From a virus (taxonomy: Duplodnaviria > Caudoviricetes): DNA of 59,234 bases. The notes beneath the pieces were generated by a model, which was not told the DNA's origin, did not search any database, and saw nothing but the letters and a program-made list of their open reading frames with translations. The stretch is taken from the IMG/VR virus record IMGVR_UViG_3300046451_001045, positions 1 to 59,234 of that record, one strand, 5' to 3'. Numbering within the stretch: the stretch's first letter is position 1; every line of letters starts with the position of its first letter. A program made the position numbers and the translations under genes. Positions 20,347-28,532 of this stretch are shown here, in pieces.

Positions 20347-20803
20347 AGTCATCAAATTAAAAACAGGACATGAGTTCTGTGGTATGGTTAGGGATAGTGG
20401 GGACAGTGAGGTTCAAGTGACACTTCCTATGATATGTCAACTTACTAAAAATATGGGGAACAATGAAACTCAAGCAACATTCATTCCATATGCTCCATTA
20501 AGTTCAGACCCAATTGTACGAATTGAAATAGATTCCATTATGCATCGTAATCCTTTAAACATACAGTTTGTTCCTTTTTATGATGAAGCTGCAGGTAGAT
20601 GGTTAGGTATGGTTGAGGGTGGAAACATTCCTCTTACTAATACTGTAAGTAATGTCCCAATTGACCCAAGAGAATACCTTAATAATGCAATGCAACATGT
20701 TCTAGAAACCATGTCTGATGAAGAGTTAGACCAGTGGGAAGATGATATGAATGCACAAGATTTTGAAAACGAATTACCAACAGATAAGACTAAAATACAT
20801 TAG
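20309..20803 (+). CDS. Conserved hypothetical T4-like protein (Sm-like N-terminus)
   Basis: VIKLKTGHEF.G N-terminus, acidic tail ending K.IH; usual position between uvsW and gp55. Confidence 0.65.
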   Translation: MTSPKDLIPMKYEVIKLKTGHEFCGMVRDSGDSEVQVTLPMICQLTKNMGNNETQATFIPYAPLSSDPIVRIEIDSIMHRNPLNIQFVPFYDEAAGRWLGMVEGGNIPLTNTVSNVPIDPREYLNNAMQHVLETMSDEELDQWEDDMNAQDFENELPTDKTKIH

Positions 20804-20889
20804 GTTTTTAGTTTGTCTAAATAAGTGCGTATAACACGGACTTATACCCAATTATACAACATACTTATACTTTTACTTACGGGAAAACC

Positions 20890-21057
20890 ATGACCACAGC
20901 AACTTTTGCAAAGAGCATGGTACGAAAAGCTAGAGAAATCCAAGACTTGAGAGACAATCGAATTGTCTGCAAAGTTTGTGATGCTATCGAATTTCTAGTG
21001 CTGATGACTCTTCCATTCTTTTTACCTTTTGGTATTATATTCTTATCGGGAATATAA
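20890..21057 (+). CDS. Small membrane protein, 55 aa
   Basis: Own translation MTTATFAKSMVRKAREIQ...IEFLVLMTLPFFLPFGIIFLSGI; C-terminal TM helix. Confidence 0.6.
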   Translation: MTTATFAKSMVRKAREIQDLRDNRIVCKVCDAIEFLVLMTLPFFLPFGIIFLSGI

Positions 21058-21155
21058 TGTCTAAGGAAAGAATAACACAACTTAGAAACAGAATGGAGAC
21101 TCTTTGTCTCTGTTCTATTTTTGCATTCTCAATTTGGGGGTTACTACCTTCATGA
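21057..21155 (+). CDS. Small membrane peptide, 32 aa
   Basis: TAATG-coupled; MSKERITQLRNRMETLCLCSIFAFSIWGLLPS. Confidence 0.5.
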   Translation: MSKERITQLRNRMETLCLCSIFAFSIWGLLPS

Positions 21156-21328
21156 AAGAAGAGAAACTATTACAGATTGTAAACCTTTCACCTTCGGAAG
21201 AATGGATGGAACGTATAGTAGAAATACATCCTATGAGACAAATCTTTTGGGCTACCATAGTGCAAGTCTCTGTTTTTGGATTTATGATGAGTGCTTTTGC
21301 ACTTATAAACGTGTATCTAGAATTATGA
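21152..21328 (+). CDS. Small membrane protein, 58 aa
   Basis: ATGA-coupled; MKEEKLLQIVNLSP...hydrophobic C-terminus. Confidence 0.6.
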   Translation: MKEEKLLQIVNLSPSEEWMERIVEIHPMRQIFWATIVQVSVFGFMMSAFALINVYLEL

Positions 21329-21408
21329 AAGACGTTTTCTTTTTGGTCGGTGCATTAGGAATACAATCACTCATTCTGATTTGTCTCTTTTTATGGAACC
21401 CTAAATAA
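21325..21408 (+). CDS. Small membrane peptide, 27 aa
   Basis: ATGA-coupled; MKDVFFLVGALGIQSLILICLFLWNPK. Confidence 0.45.
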   Translation: MKDVFFLVGALGIQSLILICLFLWNPK

Positions 21409-21465
21409 AAGAGAAAGAGATAAGGTGTAACCCTTATTATAGTATATCCCCAGTGGGACATATTA

Positions 21466-21494
21466 ATTTTATCATGACATTTCTAATCCGTCAA
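21466..21494 (-). promoter_or_regulatory. Antisense sigma70-type promoter
   Basis: Minus strand TTGACG-N17-TAAAAT with extended -10 TG. Confidence 0.65.
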
Positions 21495-21574
21495 TAGAGT
21501 TTTTAAAATAAATTAAATTAAATTATATCTAAAAACCCCTTCCATCAACACCTATTTCACTGTATAATACAGGT

Positions 21575-22162
21575 ATGAAAACAGAAAAGAAAAAACCCGA
21601 ACACTACGTTAATAACAAAGAATTCACAGCTGCAGTTGTTGCTCATAATATTTCTGTAAAAGAAGCAAAAGCAGTAGGTGAAGTCCCTCCTAGAATGACC
21701 GAGTACATAGGATTATGCATCTATAAGATTGCAACAAGACTATCTACCCGACCAAACTTTATCAATTACACCTACCGTGATGAAATGATATGTGACGCAA
21801 TCGAGAATTGTCTCCAGTATATCAACAACTTCAACACGGAAAAATCAAGTAATGCATTTGCATACGTTACTCAGATTTGTTATTATGCCTTCTTAAGGAG
21901 AATTCAGAAGGAAAAGAAACAGGTCTTTATCAAACAAAAATCAATCATGGAATCATCCATTACAATGGATAGTTTCACCACTATTGATGGTTCATATGAC
22001 CCGACCTATGTTAATACAAATGTCGAATGGTTACAAGAACACATGAATCATGTGGACTATTCACCAAGAAAGAACAAAAAGAAAAGTGAAGTAGTTGAAT
22101 CTAAAGGTGTAGAAGTCTTTTCGGATTCAGATAATATAGGAGTAGAAACAGATGATGAATAA
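21575..22162 (+). CDS. gp55: Late-transcription sigma factor gp55
   Basis: HYVNNKEF, PNFINYTYRDEMI.D, AFAYVTQI.YYAFLRRI.KEKKQ. Confidence 0.96.
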   Translation: MKTEKKKPEHYVNNKEFTAAVVAHNISVKEAKAVGEVPPRMTEYIGLCIYKIATRLSTRPNFINYTYRDEMICDAIENCLQYINNFNTEKSSNAFAYVTQICYYAFLRRIQKEKKQVFIKQKSIMESSITMDSFTTIDGSYDPTYVNTNVEWLQEHMNHVDYSPRKNKKKSEVVESKGVEVFSDSDNIGVETDDE

Positions 22163-22180
22163 TGGAAAAGGTATTCTCGT

Positions 22181-23248
22181 TTGAAGATAGCCATTCTCAA
22201 TGACACTCATTGTGGTGTCCGTTCCGATATGCCTGCGATGGCAGACTATCAAGGAAGATTTTACAACGAAGTCTTCTTCCCATACCTTGATGAACATAAC
22301 ATAAAACAAATTGTTCACTTGGGTGATTACTTTGATAGACGAAAATATGTAAACTTTGCATCATTACATGCAAACAAAGAACACTTTATTAAACCCATGT
22401 TGGAGAGAGACATCCACATGGATTTGATTTTGGGTAACCATGATACATATTATAAAAACACAAATGATGTAAACTCCCCCGAACTCCTTCTATTTGGTGA
22501 TAATAATATAAATGTTATCTCCGAACCAGTTATTAAAGAGTATGATGGATGTCCTGTTGCATTGGTACCATGGATTAATCCCGAAAACTATGCAGATACA
22601 GTAGACTTTTTACACACTGCATCTGCTCAATATTGTTGGGGTCATTTTGAGATTGAGGGTGCATTGATGCAGCCAGGAATGAACTGTCCACACGGACTAG
22701 ACCACACATATTTAAAGAGATTCGAACAAGTTTTCAGTGGACACTTCCATCATAAATCAGAAGTTGGTAACATTCGTTACTTAGGTTCTCAGATGCAATT
22801 TACATGGATTGACTATGGTGACAATAAGTACTTCCACATTTTTGATACGGAAACGAGAGAGACAACACCAGTACTAAACCCAATAGAAATGTTTAAAAAG
22901 GTCTTCTATGATGACACTAACAAGACATTTGAAGATATTGCTAATGATGATTACTCTGATGTTACTGGTAAATTTATAAAAATTATCGTAGTTAACAAAG
23001 ATAATCCTTATTGGTTTGATACCTTCTTGGATAAAGTTCATCAACAAAACCCAGTACACTTACAGGTCGTTGATGATAACAAACACATGGACTTCTTTGA
23101 TGACAGTGAAGTTGATGATATCGAAGACACATTGACCATCATGAAAAAGTATGTGGATGGGTTAGAGATACAGGGAAAGAAAAAAGACCTAGACAAATTA
23201 ATGACTTCATTGTATTATGAAGCACTTGAAGAACATAACTTTTTATGA
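22181..23248 (+). CDS. gp47: Recombination endonuclease gp47 (Mre11/SbcD-like)
   Basis: DTH.G, LGD.FD.R, GNHD, SGHFH; TTG start. Confidence 0.95.
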   Translation: MKIAILNDTHCGVRSDMPAMADYQGRFYNEVFFPYLDEHNIKQIVHLGDYFDRRKYVNFASLHANKEHFIKPMLERDIHMDLILGNHDTYYKNTNDVNSPELLLFGDNNINVISEPVIKEYDGCPVALVPWINPENYADTVDFLHTASAQYCWGHFEIEGALMQPGMNCPHGLDHTYLKRFEQVFSGHFHHKSEVGNIRYLGSQMQFTWIDYGDNKYFHIFDTETRETTPVLNPIEMFKKVFYDDTNKTFEDIANDDYSDVTGKFIKIIVVNKDNPYWFDTFLDKVHQQNPVHLQVVDDNKHMDFFDDSEVDDIEDTLTIMKKYVDGLEIQGKKKDLDKLMTSLYYEALEEHNFL

Positions 23249-24960
23249 TAAATTTTACAGTTGTACGATGGAAGAACTTACTTTCATCGGGAAATACCTT
23301 TACTGAACTTGCATTGAATGAACATCAGACCACATTGGTCTTAGGTGAGAATGGTGCAGGGAAATCCACCCTACTAGACGCATTGTGTTTTGGATTATAT
23401 GGTCGTGGATTTAGGAATCTGAAGAAAGAACTTCTTATTAATAGTGTAAACGAAAAGGCCTTGTTAGTAGAAGTTGAATTTGATATCGGTAAAAAACACT
23501 ACAAAATTATTCGTGGTATGAAACCAAATTTATTTGAAATCTATGTCGATGATGTGTTCATCAACCAAGATGCAACAGTCAGAGATTATCAAGAACAATT
23601 AGAGAAACAGATTCTAAAGATGAACTATCGTTCATTTACACAAGTTTGTATTTTAGGTTCAGCAAACTTTGTTCCCTTTATGCAATTAAAGTCTAAAGAC
23701 CGAAGAAACCTTGTAGAGGACTTACTAGACATTAGTATATTTTCCACCATGGGTGATATCCTAAGAACAAGAGTTCAGAACCATGTTATAGAGGTTCGTG
23801 AAACCACCCATCAGATAAATATAATGGAAGAGAGACTTAATGGACTGTCACAACAGTTAGTAGTTTTGCAAGAGAACCGAGATGAGAAAATTGGTAAATT
23901 TGAGGATACTATTTCGGAGACTCAAACCAATATCGATTCCTTATTTGCAAAAGTTACTATAAAAACCGATTCAGTTGCAGAACTGGATAAGTCAATTAAT
24001 GACAGAGACCCACAAGGTGACCGACTTAAACAAGCCACCAGTCACTTGAGTAAACTTGAAGAGAATAAACGTAAACTTGAAAAGGAAATAACCTTCTATG
24101 AAAGTAATGATAATTGTCCAATATGTGAGCAGGGTATAGATGAAGAACACAAAACGAGCCATGTTACAAAGAAACAGGTCAAGAAGAAGGAGTTGGTTCA
24201 CGCAATCGGAGAACTTACCCGAATCATTGCAGACTCCAGTAAAAGAATGGAAGAAATTCGTGTCATCAGTGAGTCCATCACTGGAATCCAAAAAACTATC
24301 GGAGTAATCCAAACGGAAATTGTTTCTAATCAAAAATATATAAAGAAACTGCAATCCGAAATTGAAGACCTAAGAACAGAATCTACAGGTAAAAAGGACA
24401 CCCAGTCTAAAATAGATGATGGTGAAGAACAGTTAAATGTTCTTCATGCAAAGAAAGAGACTCTAACTGAACAAGGTCATTACTATGACATTGCGTCTAC
24501 TTTATTAAAAGACCAAGGTGTTCGTCAGAAGATTATCAAACAGTATGTACCAATCATGAACAACATGATTAACAAGTACCTTGCATCATTAGAGTTCTTT
24601 GTTGGTTTTGAATTGGATGAGTCCTTTGAAGAAACCATCAAGTCACGATTCAGAGATGTATTCAAGTATGATAACTTCTCTCAAGGTGAGAAGATGAGAA
24701 TCGACCTTGCATTACTATTCACATGGAGAGCTATTGCAAGAATGAAGAACAGTGTAAATACCAATTTACTTGTTCTTGATGAGGTTTTCGACTCTTCATT
24801 AGATGTTGCAGGGACGGATGACTTCTTAAAACTACTGAATACACTTACAGAAAAGACTAATGTTTTTATTATTAGTCATAAGGGTGAAGCATTATATGAT
24901 AAATTTAACAATGTTTTACGATTTGAGAAGTATAAAAACTTTTCACGACTTGCAGAATAG
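23245..24960 (+). CDS. gp46: Recombination ATPase gp46 (Rad50/SbcC-like)
   Basis: GENGAGKS, CPIC zinc hook, FSQGEKMR, LDEVFD, ISH. Confidence 0.97.
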   Translation: MINFTVVRWKNLLSSGNTFTELALNEHQTTLVLGENGAGKSTLLDALCFGLYGRGFRNLKKELLINSVNEKALLVEVEFDIGKKHYKIIRGMKPNLFEIYVDDVFINQDATVRDYQEQLEKQILKMNYRSFTQVCILGSANFVPFMQLKSKDRRNLVEDLLDISIFSTMGDILRTRVQNHVIEVRETTHQINIMEERLNGLSQQLVVLQENRDEKIGKFEDTISETQTNIDSLFAKVTIKTDSVAELDKSINDRDPQGDRLKQATSHLSKLEENKRKLEKEITFYESNDNCPICEQGIDEEHKTSHVTKKQVKKKELVHAIGELTRIIADSSKRMEEIRVISESITGIQKTIGVIQTEIVSNQKYIKKLQSEIEDLRTESTGKKDTQSKIDDGEEQLNVLHAKKETLTEQGHYYDIASTLLKDQGVRQKIIKQYVPIMNNMINKYLASLEFFVGFELDESFEETIKSRFRDVFKYDNFSQGEKMRIDLALLFTWRAIARMKNSVNTNLLVLDEVFDSSLDVAGTDDFLKLLNTLTEKTNVFIISHKGEALYDKFNNVLRFEKYKNFSRLAE

Positions 24961-24972
24961 ATAAATAGTACT

Positions 24973-26448
24973 ATGGGAATAATTACAGAAAAAGTTAATC
25001 GTCACATTCTTATGGAAGCAGATACATCGTCTGCAACTAATACAGAAATGGCCATTTGTTACCACTATAATCTTCAGAGAAGTGCAGATGGTGATGAAGA
25101 AAAGGCAAAGAAAATCTCGGGAATCGATGATAAGAACTTTGCAAAACTAACCCCCGACCTATTAGAGATAGGTGATAAAGTTGCACGAGATATGGGTAAC
25201 AGAGGCCCTATGTTAATTCATAGTGGTGCCGCAACTGCATCAAATAACTTTTATGCTGGTGCATCAGACAAGACACCTAAAGCCGATTTCTTTGGAAACA
25301 GCAATAATAGAATCTCTCTCAAAAAACAAGGTGATGGTGGAAGTGGTGCTCAACTTATGAGTGCAAAGTCTGCCGAAGCAGCTGGAGTGTTTACATCTTC
25401 CATTGCACACTTAGAAGCAAATGAAAGTCAGAGTTTATCAAATAGTAAAGAGTTTAAATCTGCATTAGATATTTTAGAAAAGAAGATGTTAGACTCTGCA
25501 AGAAATGGTATGGTTGTCCAAGCAGGTAAATCAAAAGCATCATTTACAGAATGGTATCTCACTAAAAGTAGTAGATTCCAAGAGTTAAGTAAAAAACATC
25601 CTGCAAAACAGGTTACAGACCATCTAAGAGCAGAGTTGATGTTACTAGGTGTTGCTAGAATGAGTAAAAAATCTTCAGAAAAGGTAATTGCAGGTGTTTC
25701 TTTGATGGACACTAAAGGTTTAACAAAATACCAAGATGAATACCAAGATAATTCAGATGTAAGTATTGGTGATGTTCAAGTAAGTGCAAAACACTTAAAG
25801 AATGTTACTGCAGATAAGTTAACTGCAGATGCAGTAAAGGCCCAAGTTATAGATGTCGTTCAACAGTCCGTAAATGGAACTGCATGGAAAATGGAACTTC
25901 AGAAGTTTTTTGATAATAACGATGCACTTAAGAAGTGGGTAGTGTATGAAGCTGGTTCGGGACTGTTCAAGTTCACTGGTCAAACTGCAACTAAGGGTGA
26001 TTACAATGGTAGTGAAGAATCGGTTGCAAATAAAATCCTAGTGTTTAACGATAGTGGAATTGCAAAAGAATATAGGTTGTTTGATTATGCAATGAGTAAT
26101 CCACAACTTTGTGATGATATAGGTGTGACCTTTAAAGCAAATGGTAGAGATTCTTACCTTGCATTTAGAATACAATCACATGTTGAACATGATATGCCTA
26201 TGTTACAAGAAGAACTAAATAATATCGAATCTGAACTACTACAAGAAGGTTTCTTCGGTGATGTTGCTAAGAAACTTAAATCATTTGTAGAGAAAGCAAA
26301 AAAGGCAATTTGGAAGTTTATAAGTAATATCATAAGTAAAGTTATTGGTAATATAAGAGTCCTTGCAAACAAAGGTATTATTGCATTTAATGAAGCTATG
26401 GGTATAGATATGAATGGAACTGTTAAAATAAAAACCCCAAACTGGTAA
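24973..26448 (+). CDS. Hypothetical late protein, possible PD-(D/E)xK nuclease
   Basis: TPKADF...RISLKK motif; late element 5 nt upstream; amphipathic C-terminal helix. Confidence 0.5.
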   Translation: MGIITEKVNRHILMEADTSSATNTEMAICYHYNLQRSADGDEEKAKKISGIDDKNFAKLTPDLLEIGDKVARDMGNRGPMLIHSGAATASNNFYAGASDKTPKADFFGNSNNRISLKKQGDGGSGAQLMSAKSAEAAGVFTSSIAHLEANESQSLSNSKEFKSALDILEKKMLDSARNGMVVQAGKSKASFTEWYLTKSSRFQELSKKHPAKQVTDHLRAELMLLGVARMSKKSSEKVIAGVSLMDTKGLTKYQDEYQDNSDVSIGDVQVSAKHLKNVTADKLTADAVKAQVIDVVQQSVNGTAWKMELQKFFDNNDALKKWVVYEAGSGLFKFTGQTATKGDYNGSEESVANKILVFNDSGIAKEYRLFDYAMSNPQLCDDIGVTFKANGRDSYLAFRIQSHVEHDMPMLQEELNNIESELLQEGFFGDVAKKLKSFVEKAKKAIWKFISNIISKVIGNIRVLANKGIIAFNEAMGIDMNGTVKIKTPNW

Positions 26449-26454
26449 TAAATT

Positions 26455-27090
26455 ATGTATGAATTGGTAGAAGAAGCATCAAAAGTTTTAAGATTCCCTA
26501 CAGAAAAATATGATTTTTCTGCAAAGGATGCTGTAAAGAATGCAAAGGAGTTGGAAGAGAAACTCATAGAATGTATGGAAACAAATAGAGGTATGGGTTT
26601 AAGTGCAAACCAAGTTGGTGTTAATGCACAAGTATTTGTCATGGGTACTCAAGATAAAGGTTCCGTTGGATTTTTCAATCCTGAAATAATAAGAGCATCA
26701 GTAGAAGCAGACAACATGAAAGAAGGGTGTTTATCCTTCCCCGACATGTATGTGATGATTAAACGGTCTAAAGTAGTAGAATTAAAATACCAAGATAGTG
26801 ATGGAGAGGAACACACTCTTACACTTGAAGGAATGGCATCACGATGTGTACAACACGAATGTGACCACCTTAATGGTATTATTTTCTTACAACGTGCATC
26901 AAGACTAAAAATTGAAAGAGCATTAAAAGTTCGTCCCAAAGAACGAACTAAAAGGATAGAATATGAAAAACGAATGGCATACGCTAGAGCCATCCAAGAA
27001 CTTCAATCTAAAGAGAGTTCCACAGATGGTATCGGAAGAGGAGATGAGGTTTCTAATAAACTTCTTCAAGACTCACCCACACCTGCATAA
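26455..27090 (+). CDS. def: Peptide deformylase
   Basis: GMGLSANQ, EGCLS, QHECDHL.G motifs. Confidence 0.96.
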   Translation: MYELVEEASKVLRFPTEKYDFSAKDAVKNAKELEEKLIECMETNRGMGLSANQVGVNAQVFVMGTQDKGSVGFFNPEIIRASVEADNMKEGCLSFPDMYVMIKRSKVVELKYQDSDGEEHTLTLEGMASRCVQHECDHLNGIIFLQRASRLKIERALKVRPKERTKRIEYEKRMAYARAIQELQSKESSTDGIGRGDEVSNKLLQDSPTPA

Positions 27091-27640
27091 CGGAGTAACT
27101 CCTTGGAATAAACCTTATCGGAAAGATGAGGTAGATGGTTATGCTCGAATGAGTATTAAACACATCCAAAACGAAGAGTTCAATAGAATCATCAAGAGAA
27201 TTGAAGTTCAGGCTGGTCAACACATTTTTGCTGAGTTTGGGGTACACTGTTATCCTGAAAGAACACAGATGAATGCATGGTCACCACTGAAACTTCAACA
27301 CCCACACGATGATGCATATACAGGAAATGACACGGCTCTAGACCCCGAGGGTTATAGAAACAAAAAACCCCACAGGTTCTATACTTGTATGACTTATCTA
27401 AATGACGGATATGAGGGTGGAGAATTATACTTCCCCCCACAACCAAAATGTCTTGCAGGACTGGACATAAAAGCAGTAGCTGGTGAGTCTGTAATCTTTC
27501 AAGGGATAGACCAAATCCATGGTGTCCGAAAAACAAGGAGAGACTACAGATGGACAATAGCAACATGGTTCACTGTAGCAGAAGAAAAGATGACACTTCA
27601 TAATAAACTTCACGCTGACGATGACAGTTTCGAAACATAA
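26963..27640 (+). CDS. 2OG-Fe(II) oxygenase (P4H-like); start uncertain
   Basis: HDD, YLNDGYEGGEL.F, HGV, RWT..TWF. Confidence 0.85.
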   Translation: MKNEWHTLEPSKNFNLKRVPQMVSEEEMRFLINFFKTHPHLHNGVTPWNKPYRKDEVDGYARMSIKHIQNEEFNRIIKRIEVQAGQHIFAEFGVHCYPERTQMNAWSPLKLQHPHDDAYTGNDTALDPEGYRNKKPHRFYTCMTYLNDGYEGGELYFPPQPKCLAGLDIKAVAGESVIFQGIDQIHGVRKTRRDYRWTIATWFTVAEEKMTLHNKLHADDDSFET

Positions 27641-27685
27641 AGCTTGACAATGACCCCTAAAAAATGATAGTAAAAATGTAAAATG

Positions 27686-27706
27686 AACCCCCGAAAGGGG
27701 GTTTTT
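27686..27706 (+). terminator. Intrinsic terminator
   Basis: AACCCCC-GAAA-GGGGG-TTTTT. Confidence 0.85.
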
Positions 27707-27733
27707 AAGGCCTAAAATAAGGTGAAAATAAAT

Positions 27734-27763
27734 TTGACAATGACCCTCACTTTTTGTTATACT
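27734..27763 (+). promoter_or_regulatory. Early promoter
   Basis: TTGACA-N18-TATACT. Confidence 0.85.
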
Positions 27764-27790
27764 ATGTATATAATGAAAAAAGGAGATATC

Positions 27791-27991
27791 ATGACCAACC
27801 TAAAAAGAACCAAAGACCTAATCTTAAATGATGTGCAACTACTTGCAGAAGGTGACATATGGAATGTCATATTTGCAATCGAGTCAGAATTCGGTATTGC
27901 AAAAGTACCAAGTCCTACTGGTGGTGAAGTAGGTTTCATCAATAGATTAGTAGATTTAAGATTCAAACAAGCAGTAGAGGTAATAGCATAA
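27791..27991 (+). CDS. Hypothetical early protein
   Basis: AGGAG SD at 27781; follows an early promoter. Confidence 0.65.
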   Translation: MTNLKRTKDLILNDVQLLAEGDIWNVIFAIESEFGIAKVPSPTGGEVGFINRLVDLRFKQAVEVIA

Positions 27992-28275
27992 TGAGAATAG
28001 CAGATGTAAAAGATTTAGTAGGACAAGATGACGGCATCAAGTTCACAACTAGTGGTATGACATTCGAAGGATATGTTAAAGAAGTCAACGATACCGATAT
28101 ACTAGTAAGAGCATATAATATATGTAAAGAGGTTGCTTACGAGACTTATATCTTACCTTATAAAACATTTAAAGGTATTAATATAGAGTGGTTTTTCGAA
28201 GGACAAGGTTGTGATAATTCTGCAATCGGATGTTCAGGCTACTGGGTTAACGATTTACAAAAGGTAATAATATAA
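27991..28275 (+). CDS. Hypothetical early protein
   Basis: GAGG SD, TAATG-coupled. Confidence 0.65.
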   Translation: MRIADVKDLVGQDDGIKFTTSGMTFEGYVKEVNDTDILVRAYNICKEVAYETYILPYKTFKGINIEWFFEGQGCDNSAIGCSGYWVNDLQKVII

Positions 28276-28472
28276 TGGAACTAACTTACTTAAAAGAAAT
28301 TACAGATTGGTCTGAATCAAAATGTTCAATACCAAATCACACTTACATTGTAAACAAACAATTACAACTCGTAGGATATATCAAGACTGGAACTAAAGAT
28401 GAGATAATCTTCAAGTCTCCAATGAAACAGTTCTCAAAATCAAGGAGAAAATTCATAACCCTAAAAAGATAA
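28275..28472 (+). CDS. Conserved hypothetical phage protein
   Basis: KEITDW...PNHTY...FSKSRRKF; TAATG-coupled. Confidence 0.7.
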   Translation: MELTYLKEITDWSESKCSIPNHTYIVNKQLQLVGYIKTGTKDEIIFKSPMKQFSKSRRKFITLKR

Positions 28473-28474
28473 AC

Positions 28475-28504
28475 TTGACAATGGGTACCACTTTTTGGTA
28501 TACT
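28475..28504 (+). promoter_or_regulatory. Early promoter
   Basis: TTGACA-N18-TATACT. Confidence 0.85.
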
Positions 28505-28532
28505 ATAGTCTGAATCGGGAAATACTTAAAAT

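Noticed and set aside
26963-27090. 128-nt overlap of def and the oxygenase as a programmed frameshift
   Set aside because: No clear slippery site; a later oxygenase start (e.g. 27026 or 27044) would shorten the overlap.
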